A program made the translations under genes and the position numbers. A stretch of 64,000 nt of DNA from Thermoplasmata archaeon. GTDB taxonomy: Archaea > Thermoplasmatota > Thermoplasmata > Lutacidiplasmatales > UBA184. The stretch lies in assembly GCA_021806135.1 (NCBI GenBank), contig JAJZYB010000002.1:18393-82392 (forward strand). Reading direction: 5' to 3'. Below the pieces are notes generated by a model that saw only the letters and a program-made list of their open reading frames with translations, made no database searches and was not told the origin of the DNA. Positions 45,638 through 55,630 of the stretch are shown one piece after another (the first letter of the stretch is position 1; the number at the start of each line of letters is the position of its first letter).

Positions 45638-46788
45638 TCCCTCCGTCCGAGGCGGCCTCCTGGGCCCGGGAGTATCCCCGGCCGGTCCGGGTGGCGGCTG
45701 TGGCCTCCCACTCCGCGCTGGACACCTTCGACGGGGCCGTGACGGAGGGGTTCCCCACCCTGGCGCTCTGCCAAGAGGGCCGGGACCGCACCTACACCCA
45801 GTACTTCCGGACCCGGAGGGGCCCGGGCGGTCAGCGGATCCGGGGGTGCGTGGACGACGTGAGGGTCTTCTCCCAGTTCAAGGACCTGCTCCAGGAGGGG
45901 ACCCTTTCCGAACTGAGGTCCCAGGGGGCCGTCCTCGTCCCCAACCGGGCCCTCACCTCCTACCTGGACGTGACCGAGGTGGAGGAGAAGCTCCGGCTGC
46001 CCTTGCTCGGCTCCCGGGGGCTCCTCCGGATCGAGGAGCGGACCGAGCGGGAGAACTACTACACACTGCTCGCCCGGGCGGGCATCCCCACCCCGGAGGA
46101 GGTGAAGGACCCCCGGCAGATCGGCAGCCTCACGCTGGTGAAGCTCCCGCACGCCCGGAAGCGGCTGGAACGAGGATTCTTCACTTGCGCCTCCTTCGAG
46201 GAGTACCAACGGAAGTCCGAGACGCTGACCCGGATGGGGGTGACCCGGCCGGAGGACCTCGCCCGGGCCCGGATGGAACGGTACGTGCTCGGACCCGTGT
46301 TCAACCTGAACTTCTTCTTCAGCCCGCTCGCGCCCCGGGAGGAAGCGCTGGAGCTTCTGGGGATCGACGAGCGGCGGGAGAGCTCCCTCGACGGGCTCGT
46401 CCGCCTCCCCGCCGAGGAGCAGTTGGAGCTCCCCTCCTCCGATCGCATCCCGGAATACACGGTCGTCGGTCACGGGAGCCTCACCCTCCGGGAGTCCCTC
46501 CTGGAGGAGGCGTTCCGGCTGGGGGAGCGGTTCGTGAACGCGGCCCGGGAGAGCCATCCCCCCGGGGTCGTGGGGCCCTTCTGCCTGCAGACCTGCGTGG
46601 ACAAGGACCAGAACTTCTTCGTCTTCGACGTGGCCGTCCGGCTGGGGGGAGGGACGAACATCCACATGGCGCTGGGCCATCCGTACGGGAACACCCTCTG
46701 GCGGGAGCCCATGTCCTCGGCCCGCCGCCTCGCCCGGGAGCTGGCCCGGGCCCTGGAGGAGGACCGGCTCGCCTCGGTGGTCACATGA
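45634..46788 (+). CDS. purP: 5-formaminoimidazole-4-carboxamide ribonucleotide (FAICAR) synthetase, archaeal PurP
   Basis: 'VASHSALDTFDGAVTEGFPT', 'LLRIEERTERENYYTLLARAGIPTP', 'GIDERRESSLDGLVRLPAEEQLEL' and 'GPFCLQTCVDKDQNFFVFDVAVRLGGGTN'. ATGA overlap with the large subunit gene. Confidence 0.9.
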   Translation: MIPPSEAASWAREYPRPVRVAAVASHSALDTFDGAVTEGFPTLALCQEGRDRTYTQYFRTRRGPGGQRIRGCVDDVRVFSQFKDLLQEGTLSELRSQGAVLVPNRALTSYLDVTEVEEKLRLPLLGSRGLLRIEERTERENYYTLLARAGIPTPEEVKDPRQIGSLTLVKLPHARKRLERGFFTCASFEEYQRKSETLTRMGVTRPEDLARARMERYVLGPVFNLNFFFSPLAPREEALELLGIDERRESSLDGLVRLPAEEQLELPSSDRIPEYTVVGHGSLTLRESLLEEAFRLGERFVNAARESHPPGVVGPFCLQTCVDKDQNFFVFDVAVRLGGGTNIHMALGHPYGNTLWREPMSSARRLARELARALEEDRLASVVT

Positions 46789-47963
46789 TCGGGATCACCG
46801 AACCGCCCCCCCGGCCGCAGGGGCCGTTGCTGAGGACCCCGCTCTTCGCCCTCCATCAGGCGCAGGGCGGTCACCTGGTCCCCTTCCACGGCTGGGAACT
46901 CCCCCTCTACTACTCCGGGACCGGGATCCTCCGCGAGCACGAGGCGGTCCGACGGGACGTGGGGGTCTTCGATGTCTCGCACATGGGGATCCTCACCCTG
47001 GAGGGCCCCGGGAGCGCGGAGCTCCTCTCCCGCCGCACGCCCTCCAACGCTCTGCGGGGGAGGCCGGGCCAGGCCCGGTACACCTGCCTGCTCGACCCGG
47101 AGGCCCACCTGGTGGACGATGCGCTCTGGATGCGGACCGACGACCGGAGCGACCCGACGAACTTCCTTCTCGTGCCCAACGCCGGCACGGCGTCGAGGAT
47201 CTTCGAGGTCCTGCTGCAGCACCGGGGCCGGAGCTGCGAGATCAAGCAGCACAACGGTGCCGCCGGGATCCTGGCCGTCCAAGGGCCCCGGTCCCGGGAA
47301 CTGCTGGAATCCCTCTTCCCCTGGGACCTCTCCGGCCTCCTGCCGTACACCGGGGCCTTCTTCCCCCTCTCGGGGACCCGTTCGGGGGGCGCCTACGGTG
47401 GGGCCTTCGCGGTCCGGCTGCGCGACCACGCCCTGGTGAGCCGGACCGGCTACACGGGGGAGCTCGGCTACGAGCTCTTCCTGGAGGCCTCGCGGATGCC
47501 GGAGGTCTTTGGCGCCCTGCTCCGGGGCGGGGCCACGGCCTGTGGCCTCGGCGCCCGGGACACCCTGCGGATGGAGAAGGGCTACCTGCTCTCCGGCGTG
47601 GACTTCCATGGGGACCGCACCCCGCTGGAGGCCGGGCTCGACCGGTTCCTGGAATTCGACCACCGGTTCGTGGGCCGGGAGGCGCTGGAACGGCAGAAGA
47701 CGGCGGGAGGGTATTCCCTCTGGACCGGCCTCTTGGGGGAGGACCCCACCGCCATCCCCCGGCACGGGATGCCTCTCCTTCTCGAGGGGAAGCCGGTCGG
47801 AGTGGTGAGCTCCGGCGGGCAATCCCCCACCCTGAAGAAGGGGATCGCGCTCGCCTACCTTCCCCCGGAGGCCCGGACCCCCGGAAACTCCCTCGGACTT
47901 TCCCTCCGGGGACGGGAGGCGACCTTGCAGGTGGTGCGGCTCCCCTTCGTGCGCGCCCGGTAG
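46785..47963 (+). CDS. gcvT: glycine cleavage system T protein (aminomethyltransferase)
   Basis: 'VGVFDVSHMGILTLEG', 'SRTGYTGELGYELF' and 'GLGARDTLRMEKGYLLSG'. ATGA overlap with purP. ATG at 46785 within ORF 45846..47963. Confidence 0.9.
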   Translation: MIGITEPPPRPQGPLLRTPLFALHQAQGGHLVPFHGWELPLYYSGTGILREHEAVRRDVGVFDVSHMGILTLEGPGSAELLSRRTPSNALRGRPGQARYTCLLDPEAHLVDDALWMRTDDRSDPTNFLLVPNAGTASRIFEVLLQHRGRSCEIKQHNGAAGILAVQGPRSRELLESLFPWDLSGLLPYTGAFFPLSGTRSGGAYGGAFAVRLRDHALVSRTGYTGELGYELFLEASRMPEVFGALLRGGATACGLGARDTLRMEKGYLLSGVDFHGDRTPLEAGLDRFLEFDHRFVGREALERQKTAGGYSLWTGLLGEDPTAIPRHGMPLLLEGKPVGVVSSGGQSPTLKKGIALAYLPPEARTPGNSLGLSLRGREATLQVVRLPFVRAR

Positions 47964-47985
47964 GCCGGGGACCCGGCGAAGGTCC

Positions 47986-48447
47986 TCAGCCCAGGGCGCG
48001 GAGCCCCGGAAGGGCATCGTTGGCAGCCCTCAGGGAGAGCTCCGTGCACCGGTCCAGGGCCTCCGCCTGCTCTGGGTCCAGCAGCATCGCCGGATGGTCC
48101 CAGTGCAGGGCGACCTGGCTGCCGGGACGCACTCCCGGGAGGATCGCGCTGTCGTAGGGGAGGTGGCGGAGGACCTCCGCGCCGATGAGGAGCCGGTCTC
48201 CCTGGTGCTCCAACGGCCGGACCCGGAGCGTGAGGGCGGTCCCCTCAACGCCGACGACCTCCCCCCGGGCAATGCGGCAGGACCCCATGTTGCCGACGGT
48301 GGTGGGGACATGTCCGGTGACCTCGCCGACGCCGACGAAGAAGACGTGGAAGGCATGGTGGGGGAGCGGGTGGGCAGGCAGGTGCTCCTGGAGCCGCCAA
48401 GCGGCCTGTTCGGAGAGGCCCCACCGGCCCGTGTCCCGGGCGACCAT
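47986..48447 (-). CDS. hypothetical protein
   Basis: 153-aa ORF with non-shadow-like composition ('HHAFHVFFVGVGEVTGH...CRIARGEVVGVEGTALTLRV...VALHWDHPAMLLDPEQAEAL'). No family assigned with confidence. Confidence 0.5.
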   Translation of the reverse strand: MVARDTGRWGLSEQAAWRLQEHLPAHPLPHHAFHVFFVGVGEVTGHVPTTVGNMGSCRIARGEVVGVEGTALTLRVRPLEHQGDRLLIGAEVLRHLPYDSAILPGVRPGSQVALHWDHPAMLLDPEQAEALDRCTELSLRAANDALPGLRALG

Positions 48448-48608
48448 CTCCTCCTCTCCGGCAGCAGCGCCAAGATCAGGATAACGCTCGTGCGACGGCT
48501 GTCAGGGCCCCGGACCCTTTCACTTCTTGGAAGGGGAGGGAGGAGGCCCCGTCTCCTTTCCTTCGTCTTTCCGACCACCGGCAGGGGGGAGCGTTCGCTC
48601 CGCGCCTT

Positions 48609-51026
48609 TCAAGGGGAGAGCCGAGGGGCTCCTGTCCGGGCCCGCAGCCGGGAAAAGTGGCCCAGCTGCTCGAGCCCCTCCCGGGTCCCTTTCTCCCCCT
48701 GGCGGAAGGGATGGTCCTTCAGGTCCTTCCGGACCCGTTCCTCCTGCCCCAACCCAAGGAGCGGGAGCAGGTTCTCCAGCAGCCGGGAGAGGATGCCGGA
48801 TCCGGCGTCCAGTTCGTCCAAGACCCCTTGGTGGTCCAGCAGCCACCCCCAAAGGGACACGCGCCCCCGGGAGTTCCAGGCCGCGGCTCCGAGGATCGGC
48901 AACAGCTGGCCCCGCCCCACCGGGCCCGAGACGATCCAGTCGAGCACCTCCACGAGCAGGTCCGGGTCCTCCAGCGACATGAGGCCGGAGGCCAGGCGCC
49001 GGACCTCCTCCTGGACGGAGGCCCGGAGGATCCGCTCCTTCAAGGGGCCAACCGCGGCCCGCCCCCCGGTGCGCGCGTAGCCGATGGCCAAGGCGCTTCG
49101 CAGGTTCGGGTCGGTGCGCTCCCAGTCGGGGAAGAGGACGGCAAGCTCCTGGGCCACCCGGTCGTCCTGCTGGGCCAGGAGGATGGCCAGCCTCTCCCGG
49201 AGGACCGGGACGCTCTCCCCCTCCCCGGGCCGGGGCTCGAACCCCCAGCGCTCCCGTTGGGACCGCGCCCAGGTCAGGGCCACCTGCCGGACCTCCGGCA
49301 CCCCTTCGAGGATCGTGAGGACCAGTCGCAGGTCGCCGAGCACCTCCTCGGCCACCCGGGAGTCCGTTTCCCCGTTGAAGGCCGCCACGGCCGCCAGGTA
49401 CTGCTCCCGGTCCAGGGTCCCGTTCAGGAGGAGCGGGAAGAGGTCCCGGGCCCGGGCGAGCCGGGCCCGGGCCGGCTGCGTCCCCCAGGCCGGGAGGACC
49501 TTCCAAAAGAGCGGACCCCGGAAGGCCACCCGGGCGAACGCCACCGCTTCCGGGTCCAGTACCCAGCGCGAAACGTCCCCACCGGGGAACGTCCGGGTGG
49601 GCGTGTCGAAGAGGAACGTCTCGGGCTTGCCGTCCCTCACGAGCGTGAGGGGGAGGGGCCACGGGTCCTCCGAGCGGGGTGGGCCGAGGGAGGAGCGCTT
49701 CTGCGTCAGGGTCAGGGAGCCCTCCCCCCCGGAGACCTCCAGGAGCGGGTGACCCGGCCGCTCCACCCAGGTCCTCAAGAGGTCCTTCACCGGCTTCGCC
49801 GAGGCCCGCTGGAGCGCCTCCCAGAGATCCTCGCTGGTGGCGCTCCCGTAGGCATGCTCCTTCAGGTAGAGCGCGATCCCGCGGCGGAACGTCTCCTCGC
49901 CCAGGTATCCTTCCATCATCCGGAGCAGGCTCGCTCCCTTCCCGTAGCTGATCGCGTCGAAGATCTCCGGGATGAGCTTGGGATCCGGCAACGGGATCCG
50001 GATCGGGTGCGCCCCTTCCAGATCGTCCAGGAAGAGCGCCCCTCCGGTCTCCAGGGAGAGGAACTCCCCCAGCAGGTCCCAGGCCGGATACAGTCGGTCC
50101 ACCAACCGGTAGGAGACGAAGGTGGCGAAGCTCTCGTTCAGCCAGATGTCCTCCCAGCTGGCCATGGTCACGAGGTTCCCGAACCACTGGTGGGCGATCT
50201 CGTGGGCCACCACCTCCGCGATCCGTTGCTTCAGCCTCGTCGGGGTGTCCTCGTTCGCGAGGAGGTATTCCTCCCGGAAGGTGATGGCCCCCCAGTTCTC
50301 CATGGCTCCCATCCCGAAGTCCTGGACGCTCACCAGGTCGAGCTTCTCCAGTGGGTACGGCTGCCCGTAGTACTCGGCGTATCCCCGGAGCACCTTGCGG
50401 GCGTTCTCCACGGCCCATCGTCCCTCCGCCCCCCGGCCCGGCGGGGTCAGGCAGGTCACGGTGACCTTCCCCTCCTGCTCCGTATAGCGGTCGAAGTGCC
50501 CCACCCCGAGGTAGATGAGGTAGGTGGCCATCGGGGGAGTCGGGGCGAAACGGCGCGTGACCCGGTCCCCCTCCCGGCGCTCGTCGAGGAGGGGAGTGTT
50601 GAAGACCACCTCCGGGCCCGCCGGGGTGGTGATCTCGAGTTCCACCACCGCCCGCTCCTTCGGATCGTCCAGGCAAGGGAACAGGCTCCGGGCGTTGGTG
50701 GGGGCCAGGTGGGTGGTGAAGAGGATCCCCTCCCCGTGCCGGGAGCGATAGAACCCACCGAGCCCGGAGACGTTGACCTCACCCTGGAAGCGGACCGAGA
50801 CCGTGCTGGCGGACCCGGGGAAGGGACCCAGGGTCCAGGTCTCCGTTGCGGCCTCCTCGAGGAGAGTTACGGGGCTCCCTGCCGCCGAGGCGCCCAGGGG
50901 CCGGATCCCGGCGGCGTTTAGCCGAAGCGTGTCGACCGGTCCCGGGAGGGAGACCTCGACGGTGCCGGTATACTTGCCGGAGGGGTAGTCCAGGGTGAGT
51001 GCCAACCGGTAGCCTAAGTGGGTCAT
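48609..51026 (-). CDS. M1-family aminopeptidase (tricorn-interacting factor F2/F3-like)
   Basis: 'GMGAMENWGAITF' exopeptidase motif and the zinc site 'VVAHEIAHQWFGNLVTMASWEDIWLNESFATF'. 805 aa. Confidence 0.9.
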   Translation of the reverse strand: MTHLGYRLALTLDYPSGKYTGTVEVSLPGPVDTLRLNAAGIRPLGASAAGSPVTLLEEAATETWTLGPFPGSASTVSVRFQGEVNVSGLGGFYRSRHGEGILFTTHLAPTNARSLFPCLDDPKERAVVELEITTPAGPEVVFNTPLLDERREGDRVTRRFAPTPPMATYLIYLGVGHFDRYTEQEGKVTVTCLTPPGRGAEGRWAVENARKVLRGYAEYYGQPYPLEKLDLVSVQDFGMGAMENWGAITFREEYLLANEDTPTRLKQRIAEVVAHEIAHQWFGNLVTMASWEDIWLNESFATFVSYRLVDRLYPAWDLLGEFLSLETGGALFLDDLEGAHPIRIPLPDPKLIPEIFDAISYGKGASLLRMMEGYLGEETFRRGIALYLKEHAYGSATSEDLWEALQRASAKPVKDLLRTWVERPGHPLLEVSGGEGSLTLTQKRSSLGPPRSEDPWPLPLTLVRDGKPETFLFDTPTRTFPGGDVSRWVLDPEAVAFARVAFRGPLFWKVLPAWGTQPARARLARARDLFPLLLNGTLDREQYLAAVAAFNGETDSRVAEEVLGDLRLVLTILEGVPEVRQVALTWARSQRERWGFEPRPGEGESVPVLRERLAILLAQQDDRVAQELAVLFPDWERTDPNLRSALAIGYARTGGRAAVGPLKERILRASVQEEVRRLASGLMSLEDPDLLVEVLDWIVSGPVGRGQLLPILGAAAWNSRGRVSLWGWLLDHQGVLDELDAGSGILSRLLENLLPLLGLGQEERVRKDLKDHPFRQGEKGTREGLEQLGHFSRLRARTGAPRLSP

Positions 51027-51326
51027 GTGCCCCCCTCGAAGGGTGGAGGGCCATCAACCTTCGCCCCCGACGTTCTCCCGTTTGGGGTGGGGGTGTCGCC
51101 CCCAAGGCCGGCGCATCGGCATATAGAGGCGGAGAATCTCCACCGTCGTCGGTCTGCCCCCCTGGCCGGTCGGGGGCCTACCGGCAGAGGGAACAATGCG
51201 TCGGGTGCCATTCGGCGTCTCCGGGCAGGCGCCGGTGTGTGCCGTGCCCTTCTCTTCGGTCGCCCCGGGGACGCCGGGGTCCTTCGGACGCGCACGTGGT
51301 CCCGGGCCCCTGTCCGAGAGCTTCCC

Positions 51327-53786
51327 ATGAACCGGCAGAGGAGGGGAGAGGAGGAGCTCGTCGGCCGGGCCGGCCTGCTCGACCGTCTCCAGGCACGGTG
51401 GACGGCCCCTCTCCGGACCGGCCCGCCGCTCCTCCTCCTGGTGGGGTCGACCGGCGTCGGCAAGAGCAGCGCGCTCCAGGCCGCGCTCTCCCGGGCCCGG
51501 GGGTCCGGCCTCCGGGTGCTCGAGGCCCAGGCGCTTCCGATGGAGATCCCTCCGCCGTACTTCCTGCTGCAGCAGTTGCTCCGGGCCCACCCCTCCGCCC
51601 CCTCCCGGACGGACCGCCCGCCGGCGGAAGGTCTGGGCCCCCTCGCCCTCGGGTGGGCCGGAACGGAGGGCGCCACCCAGGAGATCCCTCCCTTGGCGCT
51701 GGGGATCCTCGGAAAGGGAACCCCCCCGGAGGATCCCCGCGAACGCGAGGCCCGGCTCTTGGAGGCCATCTCCGCGGGAGGAGGCCGGCTGACCGAGGGC
51801 CGTCTGGAGCTGTATGACCAGTTGGTAGCCTTCCTAGAGGACCTGGCCCAGGGAGACCGGCTGCTCCTGGGGATCGACGACCTGACCCTGGCCGATGACG
51901 CATCGGTGGAGTTCCTTGCCTACCTCATCCGACGGGTCCACGGGGGGACGGTCACGCTGCTGGCCACGGTGCTCCCCGAGCCCGAGTGGCCGCCCCGGCT
52001 CCGGGAGATCCTCTCTTCCTTGGAGGCCGAGAAGCTTCTCGAGCGGGAGCTCCTCTCGCCGCTGACCGAAGCAGAGACCGGGGCACTGTTGAGCCACTGG
52101 GCCGGGGACCGGCCGGTACCGGAGGCGTTGGTCACCCACTGGCACACCTTGAGCGAGGGGAACCCCCTCTTCCTTCAGGAACTGGTCCGGCGGGAACCGG
52201 TGGCCACCCCCCTCCCCGGCCCCGGCGAGGGCCCCGGGGGACGGCGGCTGGAATTCCAGCAGCTCTTGCGTCGTCGCCTCCAGGAGTTGCCTGTGGAGGA
52301 GCGACGGGTGGTCTCCTACGCGAGCGTCCTGGGCCGGCAACTGCCGTTTGCCCGCTTACGGTCAGCCACCGGGATGGCGGAGGAGCCGTTGGCAGAAGCC
52401 GTGGAAGCGCTCGTACGTCGGGGACTCCTTAGGGAACGGGGTGGAGAAGTGCTGGAGTTCACCGACGAGGAGCTCCGCGAAGAGGTCTACGCCTCCCTCA
52501 CGGAGGTCCGGCGCCGATTGCTCCACCGGCGGGTGGCGGAGGCGATCCTGGCCGAAGGGGACCCTCCCATCTCCTCGGTCGTCCCGGACCTGGCCAACCA
52601 TTTCGACCGGGCCGGGGAGGACGCCCCGGCGCTCGCGTTCCACCTGAAGGCGGCCCGGCTCGCGACCAAGTCCTACGAGCCGGCGCTGGCCGCGGAGCAC
52701 CTGAGACGCGCCTGGGAGTGCCAGCGTCGCCTCGCGGACCCGGACCCGGGGTCGGCGGTCACCCTCCTCGCGGAGCTCGCCCTCCAGTTGGACCAGGCGG
52801 GGGACCCGGAGCATGCCATCTCCCTGTTGCGGGAGGAACTGGGCCCGTCCGCGCGGGGCTCCCATCCCTGGTCAGACCGAGACCGGGCCACCCTCACCCT
52901 CCTTCTGTCCCGTCTCTACGTCCACCAGGGGGACCTGGGGGAGGCCGAACGCCTGGTCCGGGAGGTCCTCGAGGACGCTTCCCTTCCCGAGGACCCCGTC
53001 CGGGAGGCCAACGCCCATCGTCTGGCCGGCCAGGTGGCCCATTACCGGGGGAACTATCCCGCCTCGCTCGCGGAGGCCCGGGCCTCCGTGGAGGGGTTCC
53101 TCCGGGCCGGCCTGCCCCTGGAGGCCGCCCGCTCCCGGGTCGCGCTGGCCAACGCGCTCTCCATGCTCCCCCAGCCGAGGGAACAGGACCCGGAGGCGCT
53201 CTACGACACGGCTTTCCAGGAGCTCGAGGGGATGGGAGATCTGGGTCAGGCGACCCTGGCGAGCGTGAACCTGGGGATCTGGTGTCTCGAGGAGAAAGGG
53301 GCGCCCGAGGCCCGCTCCGTCCTGGAACGGGCGCTCCGGCTCGCCCAACGCACCCAGGACCCCCGGGTGATGGGCTGGGTCGAGTTCAACCTAGCGGACG
53401 TGCTGCTCCGGATGGGGGAGCCGGACCGGGCCGACGAACTGAACCGGGCCGCAGGGGAGCACCTCCGGCGGGTGGGGGACCGCATCGGTCTCCTGCAGGT
53501 CGGGTTGTTGAAGGGCCGCCTCCTGGCGCGCGCGGGGGCGTACGCGGAAGCGGACTCCACCCTCTCCGCCGTGCACGCCCAGGCCCAGGAGCTCTCCTTG
53601 GAGCCGGACGAACTGGAGGCCCTGTTCCGGCTGGCGGAGGTGGACCTCCTCCGGGGGGACCCCGTCCGCGCGGGGACCCGGGTGGCGGAACTGGAGCAGC
53701 GGCGCCTTTCGTCCCTGCGTCCGGACCTGCGGAAGGAGCTCGTCTCCTTGGAAGAACGGCTCCGGGCCGGGGGATCCACCGGATGA
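51327..53786 (+). CDS. STAND-type P-loop NTPase (AAA_16-like) with C-terminal TPR-like repeats
   Basis: 'LVGRAGLLDRL' leads into Walker A 'LLVGSTGVGKSS'. Walker B is 'LLLGIDDLTLADD', followed by 'SEGNPLFLQELV'. The C-terminal ~450 aa are helical repeats rich in L/A/R/E. ATG at 51327 within ORF 51018..53786. Confidence 0.75.
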   Translation: MNRQRRGEEELVGRAGLLDRLQARWTAPLRTGPPLLLLVGSTGVGKSSALQAALSRARGSGLRVLEAQALPMEIPPPYFLLQQLLRAHPSAPSRTDRPPAEGLGPLALGWAGTEGATQEIPPLALGILGKGTPPEDPREREARLLEAISAGGGRLTEGRLELYDQLVAFLEDLAQGDRLLLGIDDLTLADDASVEFLAYLIRRVHGGTVTLLATVLPEPEWPPRLREILSSLEAEKLLERELLSPLTEAETGALLSHWAGDRPVPEALVTHWHTLSEGNPLFLQELVRREPVATPLPGPGEGPGGRRLEFQQLLRRRLQELPVEERRVVSYASVLGRQLPFARLRSATGMAEEPLAEAVEALVRRGLLRERGGEVLEFTDEELREEVYASLTEVRRRLLHRRVAEAILAEGDPPISSVVPDLANHFDRAGEDAPALAFHLKAARLATKSYEPALAAEHLRRAWECQRRLADPDPGSAVTLLAELALQLDQAGDPEHAISLLREELGPSARGSHPWSDRDRATLTLLLSRLYVHQGDLGEAERLVREVLEDASLPEDPVREANAHRLAGQVAHYRGNYPASLAEARASVEGFLRAGLPLEAARSRVALANALSMLPQPREQDPEALYDTAFQELEGMGDLGQATLASVNLGIWCLEEKGAPEARSVLERALRLAQRTQDPRVMGWVEFNLADVLLRMGEPDRADELNRAAGEHLRRVGDRIGLLQVGLLKGRLLARAGAYAEADSTLSAVHAQAQELSLEPDELEALFRLAEVDLLRGDPVRAGTRVAELEQRRLSSLRPDLRKELVSLEERLRAGGSTG

Positions 53787-54685
53787 GACCGGATCCCCGT
53801 GGACCTACGGTGCGTCGCGCCCTCCTCCGCCGGCTCCAGGGATACCTTCAGGAGGACCACGCCTCCCGGGACCTCACCACCCGGTCGGTGGTCCCCCGGG
53901 GGATGCGGGCCCGGGCGGTGGTGAGCGCGCAGGCGTGCGGGGTGGTGAGCGGTTTGGGGGCGGTCCGCGCGCTCCTGGAGGCGGAAGGGTTCCGTCCCCG
54001 CCTCCTCCTCCGGGATGGAAGTCCGGTCCGCCCCGGCTCGGTCCTATTGACCTTCCAGGGGAGTGCCTGGAAGGTCCTGGCCATGGAGCGGACGGTCCTG
54101 AACCTCCTCACCCATCTCTCCGGCGTGGCCACGGCCACGGCGAAGGCGGTGGGGGCCGCGCAGCGAGCGAGACCCGGTTTCGTGGTCGCCGCCACCCGCA
54201 AGACCCTCCCGGGCCTGCGGGACCTGGAGAAGGCCGCGGTGATCCACGGCGGCGGGCACCCGCATCGCCGGGACCTGTCCTCCTCCATCCTCATCAAGAA
54301 CAATCACCTCGCGCTCGTCCCGCTGGAGCTCGCCGTCCGCCGCGCCCGGCGGCGGGTGGGCCCCCGGGGCACCGTCATGGCGGAGGTGCGTTCCTACGCC
54401 CAGGCGGCGTCCGCGATCCGCTCGGGGGCGGACCAGTTGCTCTTCGACAACGTGACCCCCCGGGCGGCCCGGCGGTGGGTGGAGGGCCTGCGGCAGGAGC
54501 ACCTCCGCACCGGGATCCTCTTGGAGGTCTCCGGCGGCATCCGGCCCGGGACCGTGGGATCGTACGCCCGCACCGGCGTGGACCGGGCCTCCTTAGGGTA
54601 TCTCACCCACTCGGCACCGGCCCTTCCCCTGCACCTCACCGTGACCCCCCTGGGCCGTCGTGTCGTGGCCCGGCCCCACCCTTAA
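53783..54685 (+). CDS. nadC: nicotinate-nucleotide (quinolinate) pyrophosphorylase
   Basis: 'ERTVLNLLTHLSGVAT', 'ATRKTLPGLRDLEKAAVIHGGGHPHRRDLSSSILIKNNH' and 'LEVSGGI'. ATGA overlap with the STAND gene. Confidence 0.9.
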   Translation: MRPDPRGPTVRRALLRRLQGYLQEDHASRDLTTRSVVPRGMRARAVVSAQACGVVSGLGAVRALLEAEGFRPRLLLRDGSPVRPGSVLLTFQGSAWKVLAMERTVLNLLTHLSGVATATAKAVGAAQRARPGFVVAATRKTLPGLRDLEKAAVIHGGGHPHRRDLSSSILIKNNHLALVPLELAVRRARRRVGPRGTVMAEVRSYAQAASAIRSGADQLLFDNVTPRAARRWVEGLRQEHLRTGILLEVSGGIRPGTVGSYARTGVDRASLGYLTHSAPALPLHLTVTPLGRRVVARPHP

Positions 54686-54721
54686 GACCCGTCATCGCCT
54701 CGGACGACCTGGAGGAGCACG

Positions 54722-55630
54722 GTGGGGCTGAAGGAGGAGATCGCCCAGCTCAAACGGGAGCGGGACGCGGTCATCCTCGCGCACAACTACCAGGTGGGGG
54801 AGATCCAGGACCTGGCGGACTACGTGGGCGACTCCCTGTACCTCTCCCGGCAGGCTGCCGGCACCTCGGCCCGCGTCCTCGTCTTCTCCGGGGTGCGCTT
54901 CATGGCCGAGACCGCGAAGATCCTCTCCCCGGAGAAGACCGTGCTCCTCCCGGACCGGGAGGCCGGCTGCTCCCTGGCGGACTCCATCACCGCGGACGAG
55001 CTGAGGGCCTGGAAGGCCCAGTTCCCCCATGCGGTGGTGGTCAGCTACGTGAACACCTCGGCGGAGGTGAAGGCGGAGAGCGACTACTGCTGCACCTCCT
55101 CCAACGCCGTGAAGATCGTGGAACGGATCCCATCGGACCGGGAGATCCTCTTCCTGCCGGACATGTTCCTGGGGGAGTACGTCCGGAAGAAGACCGGACG
55201 CAAGAACCTCCACCTCTGGGTGGGGGACTGCTTCGTCCACACCCGGATGCGGCCGGAGACCATCGCCCGGGCCCGGGCCGCCCACCCCGGCGCCGAGCTC
55301 ATCGCCCACCCGGAGTGCGGCTGCGCCAGCGAGGCGCTCCCGTACGTGGACCGGGTGCTCTCCACGGATGGGATGGTCGCCTACGCCCGGGAGACCCGCG
55401 CTCCGGAGGTCCTGGTGGCCACCGAGGTGGGCATCCTCCACCGGATGGAGGGGTTGAACCCCTCCACCCACTTCCTCCCCCTCTCCTCGGAGGCGGTCTG
55501 CCCGTTCATGAAGCGCAACACCCTGGAGAAGGTCCGGGACTCCCTGCGCGATCTCCAGTACCCGATCGAGCTCCCCACAGCGGTGATGGACCGGGCCCGC
55601 GTCGCCTTGGAGCGGATGGTCGCCTCCTAG
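54722..55630 (+). CDS. nadA: quinolinate synthase
   Basis: 'AVILAHNYQVGEIQDLADYVGDS', 'VRFMAETAKILSP', 'VVSYVNTSAEVKAESDYCCTSSNA' and 'LIAHPECG'. GTG start. Confidence 0.92.
   Translation: MGLKEEIAQLKRERDAVILAHNYQVGEIQDLADYVGDSLYLSRQAAGTSARVLVFSGVRFMAETAKILSPEKTVLLPDREAGCSLADSITADELRAWKAQFPHAVVVSYVNTSAEVKAESDYCCTSSNAVKIVERIPSDREILFLPDMFLGEYVRKKTGRKNLHLWVGDCFVHTRMRPETIARARAAHPGAELIAHPECGCASEALPYVDRVLSTDGMVAYARETRAPEVLVATEVGILHRMEGLNPSTHFLPLSSEAVCPFMKRNTLEKVRDSLRDLQYPIELPTAVMDRARVALERMVAS

Noticed and set aside
51110-51130. 'ggcatatagagg' as a shared TATA box for the divergent M1 peptidase and STAND genes.
   Set aside because: The distances to both start codons (about 70 and 180 nt or more) fit less well than at the other promoters. 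It is too weak to call as a feature.
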